DNA from: Pseudomonadota bacterium | GTDB taxonomy: Bacteria > Bdellovibrionota_C > UBA2361 > SZUA-149 | Assembly: GCA_029555385.1 (NCBI GenBank) | Contig: JAKPSH010000288.1 | Span: forward strand, 26,718-90,717 | Direction: 5' to 3' | Length of the DNA: 64,000 bases | Shown here: positions 27,184-36,460 of the stretch, in pieces | Position numbering within the stretch: the first letter of the stretch is position 1 | How the letters are laid out: each line of letters starts with the position of its first letter | Made by a program: the position numbers and the translations under genes | The notes under the pieces: generated by a model | What the model was told of the DNA's origin: nothing | Database searches by the model: none | Seen by the model: the letters and a program-made list of their open reading frames with translations, nothing else

Positions 27184-27348
27184 ATGCTGACAACTAATAC
27201 ACGCCGCAAGCGCAGACGCAAACCAACGATGACCCCTCGTTTTGGCGCTTCGACGATTGCACTTGAGATTGGACTTGTCCGGCTTGCGCTTGAAGCTCAG
27301 CGCGAGTTCGAAAAGAAAGAGGAAGAGCAAAAGCGCGAGAACAAGTAA
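27184..27348 (+). CDS. Candidate 54-aa small protein (basic N-terminus, amphipathic middle, K/E tail)
   Basis: ATG preceded by GGAG 6 nt upstream; 'MLTTNTRRKRRRKPTMTPRFGASTIALEIGLVRLALEAQREFEKKEEEQKRENK'; below the ORF-track cutoff and overlapped by antisense ORFs. Confidence 0.25.
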   Translation: MLTTNTRRKRRRKPTMTPRFGASTIALEIGLVRLALEAQREFEKKEEEQKRENK

Positions 27349-27544
27349 GATCGCTGTTAACTGCGATTGGCGAGTACCCGCAAAAAAGCCTGAATTATTG
27401 TCAATCGGCCCGTCCGGCAAATCCAAGTCGCAGCGGCCATTCGACATGTCTTTTGCTTGGGCATTCTTGCTTTTCGCCAAGCCCCTGCTGTAATAGTAAA
27501 ATTCTAGTCTAATCTAGTTTAGTGCCGTACACAGGAGCATCCTT

Positions 27545-28666
27545 ATGACACTCAATGCAGCACAACGGCTTATCGAGTACGGACAGAGTGCGTGGTATGA
27601 CAATATCAGCCGCGACATTTTGTTCAGCGGGGAGTTGAAGCGACTAATTACTCATTGCGGCGTCCGGGGTCTTACTTCGAATCCGACAATCTTCGACAAT
27701 GCCTTAAAAAAGGGCTCGGCTTATGATGGTCAGATCGCATCTTTGCGCGCAAGAAAACCATCGGTTGATGAGCTTTTCGAGGAACTTGCGCTGCAAGACA
27801 TCGCCGCTGCGGCAGATTTACTGCTTGGCGTTTACAAGGAAAGCGAAGGCGTCGACGGGTTCGTCAGCATCGAGGTCTCACCGCTTCTCGCTCGTGATGC
27901 GAAAGCTACCGTAGACGCGGCGCGCAAACTTTTTGACCGCTTGGCGCGGCCCAACATCATGATCAAGATCCCGGGAACTCCAGAGGGACTGCCGGCAATC
28001 AAAAGCGCACTCGAACAGGGAATAAACGTCAACGTCACTTTGCTCTTTTCTGCCGGCAATTACACGCAAGTCGCCAAGACATACTGTGAAGCATTGCGCA
28101 CCCGCTTGAATAATGGCGAGCCCATCTCCGGTATCCGCTCGGTCGCCAGCTTCTTTGTGAGCCGGGTCGATTCGACTGTCGACAGCGAATTGGAAAAAAT
28201 CGTCAAAAAAAACGGAAACTCTGCGGAAAGCAAACTCGCACAATCGTTAATCGGCAAGTTCGGCATCGCCAACTGCAAGCTGGCCTATAAAGAATATCAG
28301 TCTATTTTTCTTGGCAGCCAGTTTGCTGACTTGAAAAAAGCCGGCGCAAAAGTCCAGCGGCCGCTCTGGGCCAGCACAAGCACAAAGAACCCCAATTACC
28401 GGGACGTTCTTTATGTCGAGGAGTTGATTGGCCCTGACACAGTAAACACCCTGCCGCAGAACACCTTGGAAGCTTTTATTGACCACGGGGTTCTCGCAGA
28501 GACACTCACGAAAAACACCGGCGAAGCCGAACTAACCGCCGCGCAATTGACAGAGCTTGGTCTAAATCTGGAGGAATTAATGAAACGCCTTCAGGATGAC
28601 GGCGTGGAAAAATTCGCTGATTCTTTCCGGGCTCTAACCAAGACCCTGGAAAGCAAGATTGCCTAG
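27545..28666 (+). CDS. tal: Transaldolase
   Basis: 'GVRGLTSNPTIFDNA' active-site region, 373 aa. Confidence 0.9.
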   Translation: MTLNAAQRLIEYGQSAWYDNISRDILFSGELKRLITHCGVRGLTSNPTIFDNALKKGSAYDGQIASLRARKPSVDELFEELALQDIAAAADLLLGVYKESEGVDGFVSIEVSPLLARDAKATVDAARKLFDRLARPNIMIKIPGTPEGLPAIKSALEQGINVNVTLLFSAGNYTQVAKTYCEALRTRLNNGEPISGIRSVASFFVSRVDSTVDSELEKIVKKNGNSAESKLAQSLIGKFGIANCKLAYKEYQSIFLGSQFADLKKAGAKVQRPLWASTSTKNPNYRDVLYVEELIGPDTVNTLPQNTLEAFIDHGVLAETLTKNTGEAELTAAQLTELGLNLEELMKRLQDDGVEKFADSFRALTKTLESKIA

Positions 28667-28672
28667 GAACAC

Positions 28673-30211
28673 GTGAAGAACCCCTTTCGCTCCGATTCCC
28701 CGGCTGCTGCGGAGAGCCGGCCCTGTGTGCTGGTAATATTCGGCGCAAGCGGGGATCTGACACATCGCAAACTTGTCCCGGCTTTGTACAACCTTGAGCT
28801 TGACGGGCTGCTCCCGGCTCAGTTTTCACTGATCGGCGCGGCCCGCCGGGATTTTCAAGATGATACCTTCCGCTCCGGTCTTGAAAAATCGGTCGCGGAG
28901 CACTCCCGGCGAAGTCCGCTGGATCGTGACGTGTGGCAAGAGTTTGCTGCTCATTCATATTACGTGAAGTGCCCCTTTGATGAACCCAGCGGTTACCAAG
29001 CACTAAAAGAAAAACTCGACGAAATAGACCGCAATGCCGGCACTTGCTGCATTAAAGTTTTTTATCTGGCTACCGCGCCGGAGTTCTTCGACAACATCGC
29101 CGGTCACCTTGCTGGGACGGGACTGCTCGATTCATCTTCAGATCCCCAGTGCAAGCCGCGCGTCATTGTGGAGAAGCCTTTCGGAAACGATCTTTCCTCA
29201 GCCAAGTCTTTAAACTACGCTTTACTCCGCCACATGACGGAAGACCAAATCTACCGCATCGATCATTACTTAGGGAAAGAAACAGTTCAGAACCTCTCAG
29301 TTTTCCGCTTTTCAAACGGCATTTTCGAGCCGCTTTGGAACCATCAGTATATTGATCATGTTGAGATTTCCGTCTGTGAATCAATCGGCGTAGGAAGCCG
29401 CGGCGGCTATTTTGACACTTCGGGAATTCTGCGCGATATCGTCCAGAATCATGCCCTGCAATTGCTCTGTCTTGTCGCTTTAGAACCCCCAGTTTCGCTT
29501 GATGCGGATGCCGTGCGGGATGAAAAGGTAAAAGTCCTGCGCAGCGTCCGGCGCATCCGTATGCAAAATGTCGCTGATCGCACGGTTCGTGCGCAGTATC
29601 TTGCCGGATCTGCCGCCGGCGAACCCGTGCGCGGCTACCTTGAAGAGACAGGAGTACCTGCCGCTTCAAAAACCGAAACCTATGTCGCTCTGGCGCTGGC
29701 CATTGACAACTGGCGCTGGGCGGGAGTTCCTTTTTTTCTCCGCGCCGGCAAACGCTTGGCGAAACGCGTAACGGAGATCTCGGTTCATTTCAAGAATGTT
29801 CCATACCTGCTGTTCAAAAAGGAAGACGTTCCTTCGCTCAACCCGAACATTCTTTCTTTTCAGATTCAGCCGGATGAGGGCATTTCAATCCGCATCAGCG
29901 CGAAACCGCCAGGCCCAAAAGTGCGCGTGCAGCCAGTAAACATGGATTTCCGTTACGGTACGTCCTTCGGTGCGGAGCCGCCCGAAGCCTACGAGCGGTT
30001 GCTGCTTGATTGTATGCGCGGCGATGCCACACTTTTTACGCGCAACGATGAAATTGAACAGGCCTGGGAAATCGTCGATCCGGTGCTCGAAGCCTGGCAG
30101 GACGCAAGCACCGGCGTGCCGGTTTACGGCTATGAAGCTGGAAGCTGGGGACCGGTCGAAGCCGATCAACTGCTGAGTAAGTATATTGGAAAAGGATGGC
30201 ACCGCCTGTAA
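28673..30211 (+). CDS. zwf: Glucose-6-phosphate 1-dehydrogenase
   Basis: 'FGASGDLTHRKLVPALY' NADP-binding motif, 'RIDHYLGKE' active-site motif; GTG start. Confidence 0.95.
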   Translation: MKNPFRSDSPAAAESRPCVLVIFGASGDLTHRKLVPALYNLELDGLLPAQFSLIGAARRDFQDDTFRSGLEKSVAEHSRRSPLDRDVWQEFAAHSYYVKCPFDEPSGYQALKEKLDEIDRNAGTCCIKVFYLATAPEFFDNIAGHLAGTGLLDSSSDPQCKPRVIVEKPFGNDLSSAKSLNYALLRHMTEDQIYRIDHYLGKETVQNLSVFRFSNGIFEPLWNHQYIDHVEISVCESIGVGSRGGYFDTSGILRDIVQNHALQLLCLVALEPPVSLDADAVRDEKVKVLRSVRRIRMQNVADRTVRAQYLAGSAAGEPVRGYLEETGVPAASKTETYVALALAIDNWRWAGVPFFLRAGKRLAKRVTEISVHFKNVPYLLFKKEDVPSLNPNILSFQIQPDEGISIRISAKPPGPKVRVQPVNMDFRYGTSFGAEPPEAYERLLLDCMRGDATLFTRNDEIEQAWEIVDPVLEAWQDASTGVPVYGYEAGSWGPVEADQLLSKYIGKGWHRL

Positions 30212-31527
30212 AATCGAGCCGCGAGCAGAATCCGGTCACGCCGGGAAAAATCAGCGTGCCGCCGGAAAAGTTGGCGGAAGAGGTCGAGCGCATCCGGCGT
30301 GAGGCTGCCCGTTTGGACGCGGAAAGCGAAGCGCAGGCGCATGGCGAGGCGGCCCCGCGCTTTCGCGCGACCCTCTGCAATCTGATCATCTTCGTCTCCC
30401 ATCACGGACGGGCAGTTATTGAACAAACCGTTGATAACTTAATTACCGAACTTTGCGTTTCCTACCCCTCACGGTTTTTTGTTGTCGATTACTCTTGTGA
30501 AGGCGCTGCCGTTCAATGCACTTGCGACAGCGCTGTGCGCTGTGCGGTTTCCTCGCGCTGCGTCTTGGCCAATTCCGGGCTTCACGTCTGTTCGGAAGAG
30601 GTATATTTGGGCGTACGTCCGAAATCCCTGCATGTGGTGTCGAATCTGCTCCTTTCGCTGCTCGTGCCGCGCGCAGATACCGTCTTGCTCATGCTGTGCG
30701 ATCCGGCACGCAAACTGCTTCATTGCTGGCACGAACATGCCGAGGAGCGCTTCATTTCTCTGGTGCAAAGCATCGCGCTTGAATGTGATTTGCTCGTTTA
30801 CGATTCGCAGCTCTTTGACAACTACGCGGAGAGCATTGAAGCCCTGCTTAATAAAAGCGAAAGCAGCCTGCTGCCGCAGCCAAGCCTGACACATCGCGAC
30901 TTGAACTGGCGGCGTATCGAACGTTGGCGCCAGCTAATTGCCGGACAGTTTGACTCTGAACAGTTGGCCGCCGCAGTCCGTAATATCAAGCGCATCAGAT
31001 TGTCATGCTTCACGACTGAAACAGAAGCCGCAGGCAGCAGCATACCAGCCGACGCGCTCTTACTGGCCGGGTGGCTTTTCTCGTGCCTCGGCTGGAAGCT
31101 CTCCCATGCCGCCCCCTTGCAGCTCGAACCCGGAGTTAACCTTTTGTGTCAACTGGACAGCAGCGAAACGGCGCTGCAATTTGTGTCCAGTAAATCCGAA
31201 TGCTCTCCCCGCGGCACACCCCATCTTACATCTGTTGAAATCGGCTTCCAGAGAGGGGATGAGACTATCGCGATCCAAATTTCTCTGCTTGCGGCCAATG
31301 ACGCCGCGGAACTGGCAATGTTTGTTTCTTCGCCCGCCAACAATAATGTTTCCACTGAACGCTCAGTCCGCCGCGTGCCGTTTGCCAGCGAACCTTTGGA
31401 AAGTCTTGTCACCGCTTCGGTGCAATCATTCGGCATCGACACTGATTACTTGCAAGCCCTTACTGCGGCATGCGAAATTTCGCGCCTGGCCAGCCAGGTG
31501 CAGCCGGCGCCAACCCAGGCAGCTTAA
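30196..31527 (+). CDS. opcA: OpcA-like G6PDH assembly protein (call by synteny and size)
   Basis: 443 aa, start overlaps zwf stop; the tal-zwf-opcA order is the classical arrangement in cyanobacteria and actinobacteria; no sharp motif visible. Confidence 0.5.
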   Translation: MAPPVKSSREQNPVTPGKISVPPEKLAEEVERIRREAARLDAESEAQAHGEAAPRFRATLCNLIIFVSHHGRAVIEQTVDNLITELCVSYPSRFFVVDYSCEGAAVQCTCDSAVRCAVSSRCVLANSGLHVCSEEVYLGVRPKSLHVVSNLLLSLLVPRADTVLLMLCDPARKLLHCWHEHAEERFISLVQSIALECDLLVYDSQLFDNYAESIEALLNKSESSLLPQPSLTHRDLNWRRIERWRQLIAGQFDSEQLAAAVRNIKRIRLSCFTTETEAAGSSIPADALLLAGWLFSCLGWKLSHAAPLQLEPGVNLLCQLDSSETALQFVSSKSECSPRGTPHLTSVEIGFQRGDETIAIQISLLAANDAAELAMFVSSPANNNVSTERSVRRVPFASEPLESLVTASVQSFGIDTDYLQALTAACEISRLASQVQPAPTQAA

Positions 31528-31668
31528 AACGCATAGAAAATGACGGCATTTACCGCAAACAATCGAAATCCTTCTCTCGCTTGCATTTCATCAAAACATT
31601 GGTCCTGAATAATACATCTTGATTTTAAAGTCTTACGGGATAGGACCTCGACTATAAGGAAACTTCTG

Positions 31669-33138
31669 ATGGAAATTGAGGAGGGTCTGAGCATCAAAAA
31701 TCCGGACATTCTCTTCGTCATTCCGCCAGTTCTTAGGTTTCTGGGAAAGAGCAGTGAATCGTTCCCGCTTGGACTCGGCTCTATGGTTTCGTGCCTAAAG
31801 GCGAACGGTATCAGCGCCTTGATTTATAACAGCGATATATGTAAAGCCACTCGCCGCAAGATGTGGTATTGGCCGGCAAGAAAACAGTTTGAAGGCATCC
31901 ACACCTCTTTTGCTAAAAGCTGGCCGCGCTACGATTCGGCAGTCAAGAACAAAAAGAATGACGGCTGGCGGGAAATACGCTCAGTTCTTGAAGTAACACA
32001 TCCCCGGATTGTCGGCATCTCATCACGGGTCGTGGATATTCCTTCTTCGTTTGCCCTGGCCCAATTAGCTAAAGAAATTCTGCCCGAAACCAGAGTAATT
32101 GTTGGCGGACCCTCTGCCATCACCTGCTCTGATTACTTAATGAAGTGCCGCGCCATAGATTGCTTAGTGCTGGGGGAAGGGGAGAACACCATTGTCGAAT
32201 TGGCCGGCTTTCTTCTGGGAAGAGCCAAGAATAAACGCTTGGGTGATATTGACGGAATCTGCTACCGGGATGCCGAAACCGGCCAGACAGTTCGCTCAAA
32301 TCCTCGTTCGCTGATCGCGAATATTGACCAAATTCCCTTCCCGGACAGAGAGTCCATGTTTTTTGTTGATGAACAGCAAAGAATCAAACGGATGAACGCT
32401 TTTGCCGATGTGTTAACATCGAGGGGATGTCCCTATCCTTGCATGTTTTGCTGCGCACATGCGGCCTGGGGCACAAAAAAGCCCAGACTGAGAAGCGTAG
32501 AAAATGTCATCGAAGAATTGAAGATCTTACACAGGCATTACCAGCAAAAGTTTTTCATCTTTTGGGATGATCTTTTTACTTACGATCGAAAACGCGCCAT
32601 ACATCTGTGCCGCAGAATAATCGAAGAAAATCTGAAGATTTCCTGGCTGTGTCTCGTGCGAATAAACACCCTCGATGCCGAGCTCTTGGAAATCATGAAA
32701 GAAGCAGGATGCATCGAGATACAAATAGGCATTGAATCAGGAAGCAACAGGATTCTTAAGCTGATCAAGAAATCTCTGACCATTGAGATGATCAAGAGCG
32801 CGGTTCCATTAATTAAGAATTCTGGAATTAAGTGGAGAATATTCTTGATGATCGGATTCCCAACAGAGACCGAAAAGGAGATTGCCGAAACAATCGGTCT
32901 CGTTGATGAGCTTAACCCAGATTTCGTCGATCTGGGCATTTTCGCACCCTACCCAGGGACACCGATCCACGAGGAGCTGAAAGCTCAAGGGCTTTTAGGC
33001 GACAGCTTCATGAAGAGCGACATGTATAACCCTGAAATTAATTTCACCGGCACGATTTCCAAGAAGGTGTTCAGGAAAATAGCAATGGATGGCTTCGCGC
33101 TTGTTGATCAGCATAATGAACGAGCTTACAGGTCATAA
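31669..33138 (+). CDS. B12-binding-domain radical SAM protein (class B)
   Basis: Radical SAM 'CPYPCMFC' (CX3CX2C); N-terminal Rossmann/B12-like 'RIVGISSRVVD...VIVGGPSAI'; composition visibly AT-richer than neighbours. Confidence 0.85.
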   Translation: MEIEEGLSIKNPDILFVIPPVLRFLGKSSESFPLGLGSMVSCLKANGISALIYNSDICKATRRKMWYWPARKQFEGIHTSFAKSWPRYDSAVKNKKNDGWREIRSVLEVTHPRIVGISSRVVDIPSSFALAQLAKEILPETRVIVGGPSAITCSDYLMKCRAIDCLVLGEGENTIVELAGFLLGRAKNKRLGDIDGICYRDAETGQTVRSNPRSLIANIDQIPFPDRESMFFVDEQQRIKRMNAFADVLTSRGCPYPCMFCCAHAAWGTKKPRLRSVENVIEELKILHRHYQQKFFIFWDDLFTYDRKRAIHLCRRIIEENLKISWLCLVRINTLDAELLEIMKEAGCIEIQIGIESGSNRILKLIKKSLTIEMIKSAVPLIKNSGIKWRIFLMIGFPTETEKEIAETIGLVDELNPDFVDLGIFAPYPGTPIHEELKAQGLLGDSFMKSDMYNPEINFTGTISKKVFRKIAMDGFALVDQHNERAYRS

Positions 33139-33236
33139 GAACCCCCCGTGCGCTGAAGGCGTGCCTGCCGCTAACTCTTAACGTAGTGCGCCAGTCCCTG
33201 CCTGTGCTAAACTGCCGGAGGTGGCAGAGAGGTCTC

Positions 33237-34394
33237 ATGTTCACACTGCGGCTTAACGAAAAATCAGAGGCGCTGCGCCGGGACTTCCAGAACTGGCTCA
33301 AGAGCAATCCGCCGCCGGAAATCACCGGACGGCTCGAGCTGGATGAATTCGTGGAACTTTCCCGCGCTTGGCAGAGAACCTTAGCCAAAGAACGCTGGGT
33401 TGCCGTGCATTGGCCCGAACAATACGGGGGACGCGGGCTGAGCAGCGTCGAAGAGGCCGTGGTGCAGGAATGCCTGGCCCAAGCGCGCGCGGTGCAGTTG
33501 GTCAACATGTTTGGTCTGAGCGTGGCCGGCCCGCTGCTGCTCAGCTTCGGCACAGCTTCCCAACGGGCACGTTTCCTGCCCAAAATTCTTAATGCCGACG
33601 AACTATGGTGCCAAGGATTCAGCGAACCTGATGCAGGGACTGATCTGGCATCGCTGAAAACGGCAGCGCACTGCGGCTCCGATGGCTGGCTTATTCATGG
33701 CGAAAAGACCTGGATCAGCTTTGCACAGTACGCAGCCTGGTGTTTGTGTCTTGCGCGAAGCGACCATTCTGCACCGAAGCATGACGGACTGACCTGTTTT
33801 GCCGTGCCGCTCAAGGCAAACGGGGTTTGCGTGGAACCAATGCCGCTGATGTCCGAAGATCAGGATTTCAGCAAGGTTCTTTTCGACCATGTACAAATTA
33901 ACGATGAATGCAGGATTGGCCATCCCGGCCAAGGATGGGAAATCGCCTTGCGGGCGATTGGATTCAGGCAAAGCGTGGAAATCTTTGCCCATTATCTTCA
34001 GTCGGAAACAGTACTGGTTGAAATCGGCGAGAGTCTGAGAGATTTTCCCAATAATTCGTCGGTGATGGAAGAATATGGCCGTCTTGCCGCGCGGCACATC
34101 GCGGCACGAACTTTGGCGCTTGCGCACTCACTCGGATGTGATGAGAATAAAGCGGGTTTCGAGGGCGCTCTAGATCGATTAGCGTGGAGCGGGACGTATC
34201 AAGATATTTGCAGATTTTCGCTTGAGCTGCACGGACTTGCGGGAGTTATTGATGGCGGACCATGTGCAAAAAGGGGGGGCATTGTGCCGCAGCGTTATCT
34301 GCAATCGCGAGGCGCATCTATTGCTTCGGGGACATCGGAGATTTACCGGAATATCGTGGCTGAAAAGATCCTCGGACTTCCCCGCGGCACGTAA
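33237..34394 (+). CDS. Acyl-CoA dehydrogenase family protein
   Basis: 'GFSEPDAGTDLASLKTAA', 'GEKTWIS', C-terminal 'GTSEIYRNIVAEKILGLPR'. Confidence 0.8.
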   Translation: MFTLRLNEKSEALRRDFQNWLKSNPPPEITGRLELDEFVELSRAWQRTLAKERWVAVHWPEQYGGRGLSSVEEAVVQECLAQARAVQLVNMFGLSVAGPLLLSFGTASQRARFLPKILNADELWCQGFSEPDAGTDLASLKTAAHCGSDGWLIHGEKTWISFAQYAAWCLCLARSDHSAPKHDGLTCFAVPLKANGVCVEPMPLMSEDQDFSKVLFDHVQINDECRIGHPGQGWEIALRAIGFRQSVEIFAHYLQSETVLVEIGESLRDFPNNSSVMEEYGRLAARHIAARTLALAHSLGCDENKAGFEGALDRLAWSGTYQDICRFSLELHGLAGVIDGGPCAKRGGIVPQRYLQSRGASIASGTSEIYRNIVAEKILGLPRGT

Positions 34395-34423
34395 AAACAG
34401 TATTTGTCTAGATAACGGTTGAT

Positions 34424-35170
34424 ATGAGCCACGACGAAACCCCTATTTTCTTGCAAGCAGAACCGCCCAAACTCAGCGCGGAAGAAAAAAAACGAATGAC
34501 GTTCCTGATCGTCGATCCCCAGGAAGGTTTCCGCTCGCAGTTGCGTTACGCGCTTAAACATTACGAATACGGTCCGGCAAGCGACGCTGCTGAGTTAACC
34601 AGCGCACTGCGCATGCTGCTGGAACGGCGTTTCACTCATATTATTTTCGCCACTGAGAGCAAAGACCTGTCCGGCGTCGATTTCATCGCTCAGGCACTTA
34701 AAAGCGATCCGGCAATGATTGCGATTGCTGTTTCGGCGAAACCTAATGCCGATGAATTGTTTGAATTGCTGCTCCGTGGTGCTCGCGGATATATGCCTAA
34801 ACCCTTTAAGCCGGATGACGTAAACGACGCCATTATTTCCGCCACCAAAGGCGAACGCATACCCGAAGAAGTGCTGCGTTCGCCTAAAAAACATGAACTT
34901 TTGGTGCAGCACATGCTCAACAATCTGGACCGTGCCGCTGTGTTGATGAAAGACATCAGTGCTCATCCGTCAGCACACCGCGAACTGCACTATTTAATTG
35001 GCTCGCTCGGCGCTTCCGTGCGGCAGATCATCATGCTCAGCCGCGGTGGACAAGCCGAGTATGCCGAAGCGCTGCAAAAGGTTTTAATCGATCGCGCCAC
35101 CGGACCGGCAACCCGGCTGGGACGCCTGCGTCAGCGCTTGGCCGAGCACCGCAAGCCGGACGAGAAATAG
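34424..35170 (+). CDS. Atypical receiver (CheY-like) domain protein with unknown C-terminal domain
   Basis: 'MTFLIVDPQEGFRSQL...HIIFATESKDLSGVDF...AIAVSAKPN' receiver-like topology, but the expected phospho-acceptor Asp position reads T/E. Confidence 0.45.
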   Translation: MSHDETPIFLQAEPPKLSAEEKKRMTFLIVDPQEGFRSQLRYALKHYEYGPASDAAELTSALRMLLERRFTHIIFATESKDLSGVDFIAQALKSDPAMIAIAVSAKPNADELFELLLRGARGYMPKPFKPDDVNDAIISATKGERIPEEVLRSPKKHELLVQHMLNNLDRAAVLMKDISAHPSAHRELHYLIGSLGASVRQIIMLSRGGQAEYAEALQKVLIDRATGPATRLGRLRQRLAEHRKPDEK

Positions 35171-35171
35171 T

Positions 35172-36449
35172 TTAACTCAGGCAAGCTTTAACTCCCGGGG
35201 GTACTCCCCGCCGGTACGGATTTACTTCGAAAGCCTCCTTCAATGCCGTACCAATTGCGGCAAAAATCCCACGCCAAGTAGTATCGGCCGGCTCGTAACT
35301 GCGCAAATAAATCATCAAACTGGCCGACAATCCGCCGCAAAGACCGTCGATGAAGTCGTCTAAGTCTTCTGAACGCAACCCCCCGATCGCGTCACGCCCA
35401 ACGATCAGCAGCTTTTGCATCTGCGCCCGGTCGCCAGTTTCTGGAATCACGCGCCAAAACTTTCTGCCTTCAACGCTTATCGCCGCATGCACATTGTAAG
35501 CCAACAAGTCTTCAGGCTGGCGTAAATTGCTTCCTGCCCCATTTATTCCATACTCAGTCATGCGCAGTTTAAGAATTTCCAATAGGGCCCTTCCCAAAAC
35601 AAGACCAATGTCCTCCAAAACAACATGACTGGAGCTGAGGAATTTGGCGTGAAATTCGACATTGACCATTGCGCCAAGATTTGCAGCGACAATTCGCATT
35701 AGTTCCGGAATACCGGCAACAGCAGCGGATATGCTTTTGCCTGCTTCGATTCGCGCGGCACTTTGCTCGTCCGAACGGAAGTCAACGCTCAGCACGACGC
35801 TGGTTTCAGCAGTACCGCGCTGCACGACTGCTCGATGCTGTCCACGTTCAAGCACGGCGATTTCATGTTTGGATTCCACTATCTCAAGCTTGTTGTCCGC
35901 CAGCAGTCGGCGCTGCGCTATCTCCTTGGCTTCAGGTGGCGTGAAGATCCGGCTCAAAGCAATGCCCACCCCCCGGAAAACCCCCTCCCATGTGTGATGC
36001 GGGTCTTCAAAACTTAGAATAAGCACGGTAATCCGCGCGGACATCCCTTCCGCCAGTCCCCGAAGGAGCATCAGCATAGGTTCTCCCGAGGACACTTGCT
36101 CACAGCGCGAAGCAATAAATTCATCGATATTAACCGCCCGCACGGCGGACAATTCCACGCCGCTCTCCCCGAGCATGATTTCAATTTCCGCGCCGCCATC
36201 ATCAATCATCCCCAACGCCGCTGATTTGCTGCCAAACCGCGCAAAACCGGCGATTTCCTTGCCAAGCAGCATCCCGAGCCGATCCCATTGCTGATGACCG
36301 CAAACAAGATCAATCTCCAGCCCCATCCGCCAAGCGATATGCTCGATCATGTGACTGACGAAGTCATTAGGCGTTTCAATCCTCTTCCGTGATACATCGC
36401 CGAAAGCTAAGCGAATGGTTGTTTCTGTAGACGTATCGGATGGCGGCAT
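35172..36449 (-). CDS. Tandem-duplicated imidazoleglycerol-phosphate dehydratase-like protein (HisB-type position, metal-ligand motifs partly degenerate)
   Basis: Two IGPD-like modules: module 1 'FVSHMIEHIAWRMGLEIDL...GHQQWDRLGMLLGKEIAG ... EDPHHTWEGVFRGVGIAL'; module 2 'ELMRIVAANLGAMVNVEFHAKFLSSSHVVLEDIGLVLGRAL ... ADTTWRGIFAAIGTAL'; last gene of the his operon. Confidence 0.6.
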   Translation of the reverse strand: MPPSDTSTETTIRLAFGDVSRKRIETPNDFVSHMIEHIAWRMGLEIDLVCGHQQWDRLGMLLGKEIAGFARFGSKSAALGMIDDGGAEIEIMLGESGVELSAVRAVNIDEFIASRCEQVSSGEPMLMLLRGLAEGMSARITVLILSFEDPHHTWEGVFRGVGIALSRIFTPPEAKEIAQRRLLADNKLEIVESKHEIAVLERGQHRAVVQRGTAETSVVLSVDFRSDEQSAARIEAGKSISAAVAGIPELMRIVAANLGAMVNVEFHAKFLSSSHVVLEDIGLVLGRALLEILKLRMTEYGINGAGSNLRQPEDLLAYNVHAAISVEGRKFWRVIPETGDRAQMQKLLIVGRDAIGGLRSEDLDDFIDGLCGGLSASLMIYLRSYEPADTTWRGIFAAIGTALKEAFEVNPYRRGVPPGVKACLS

Positions 36450-36460
36450 CGAAGCGTCTC

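Noticed and set aside
27169-27493. 103-aa minus-strand ORF and 83-aa plus-strand ORF overlapping the candidate 54-aa small gene
   Set aside because: The three overlapping frames arise from a K/R/E-codon low-complexity stretch. Only the 54-aa frame has a plausible RBS, and even that is reported at low confidence.
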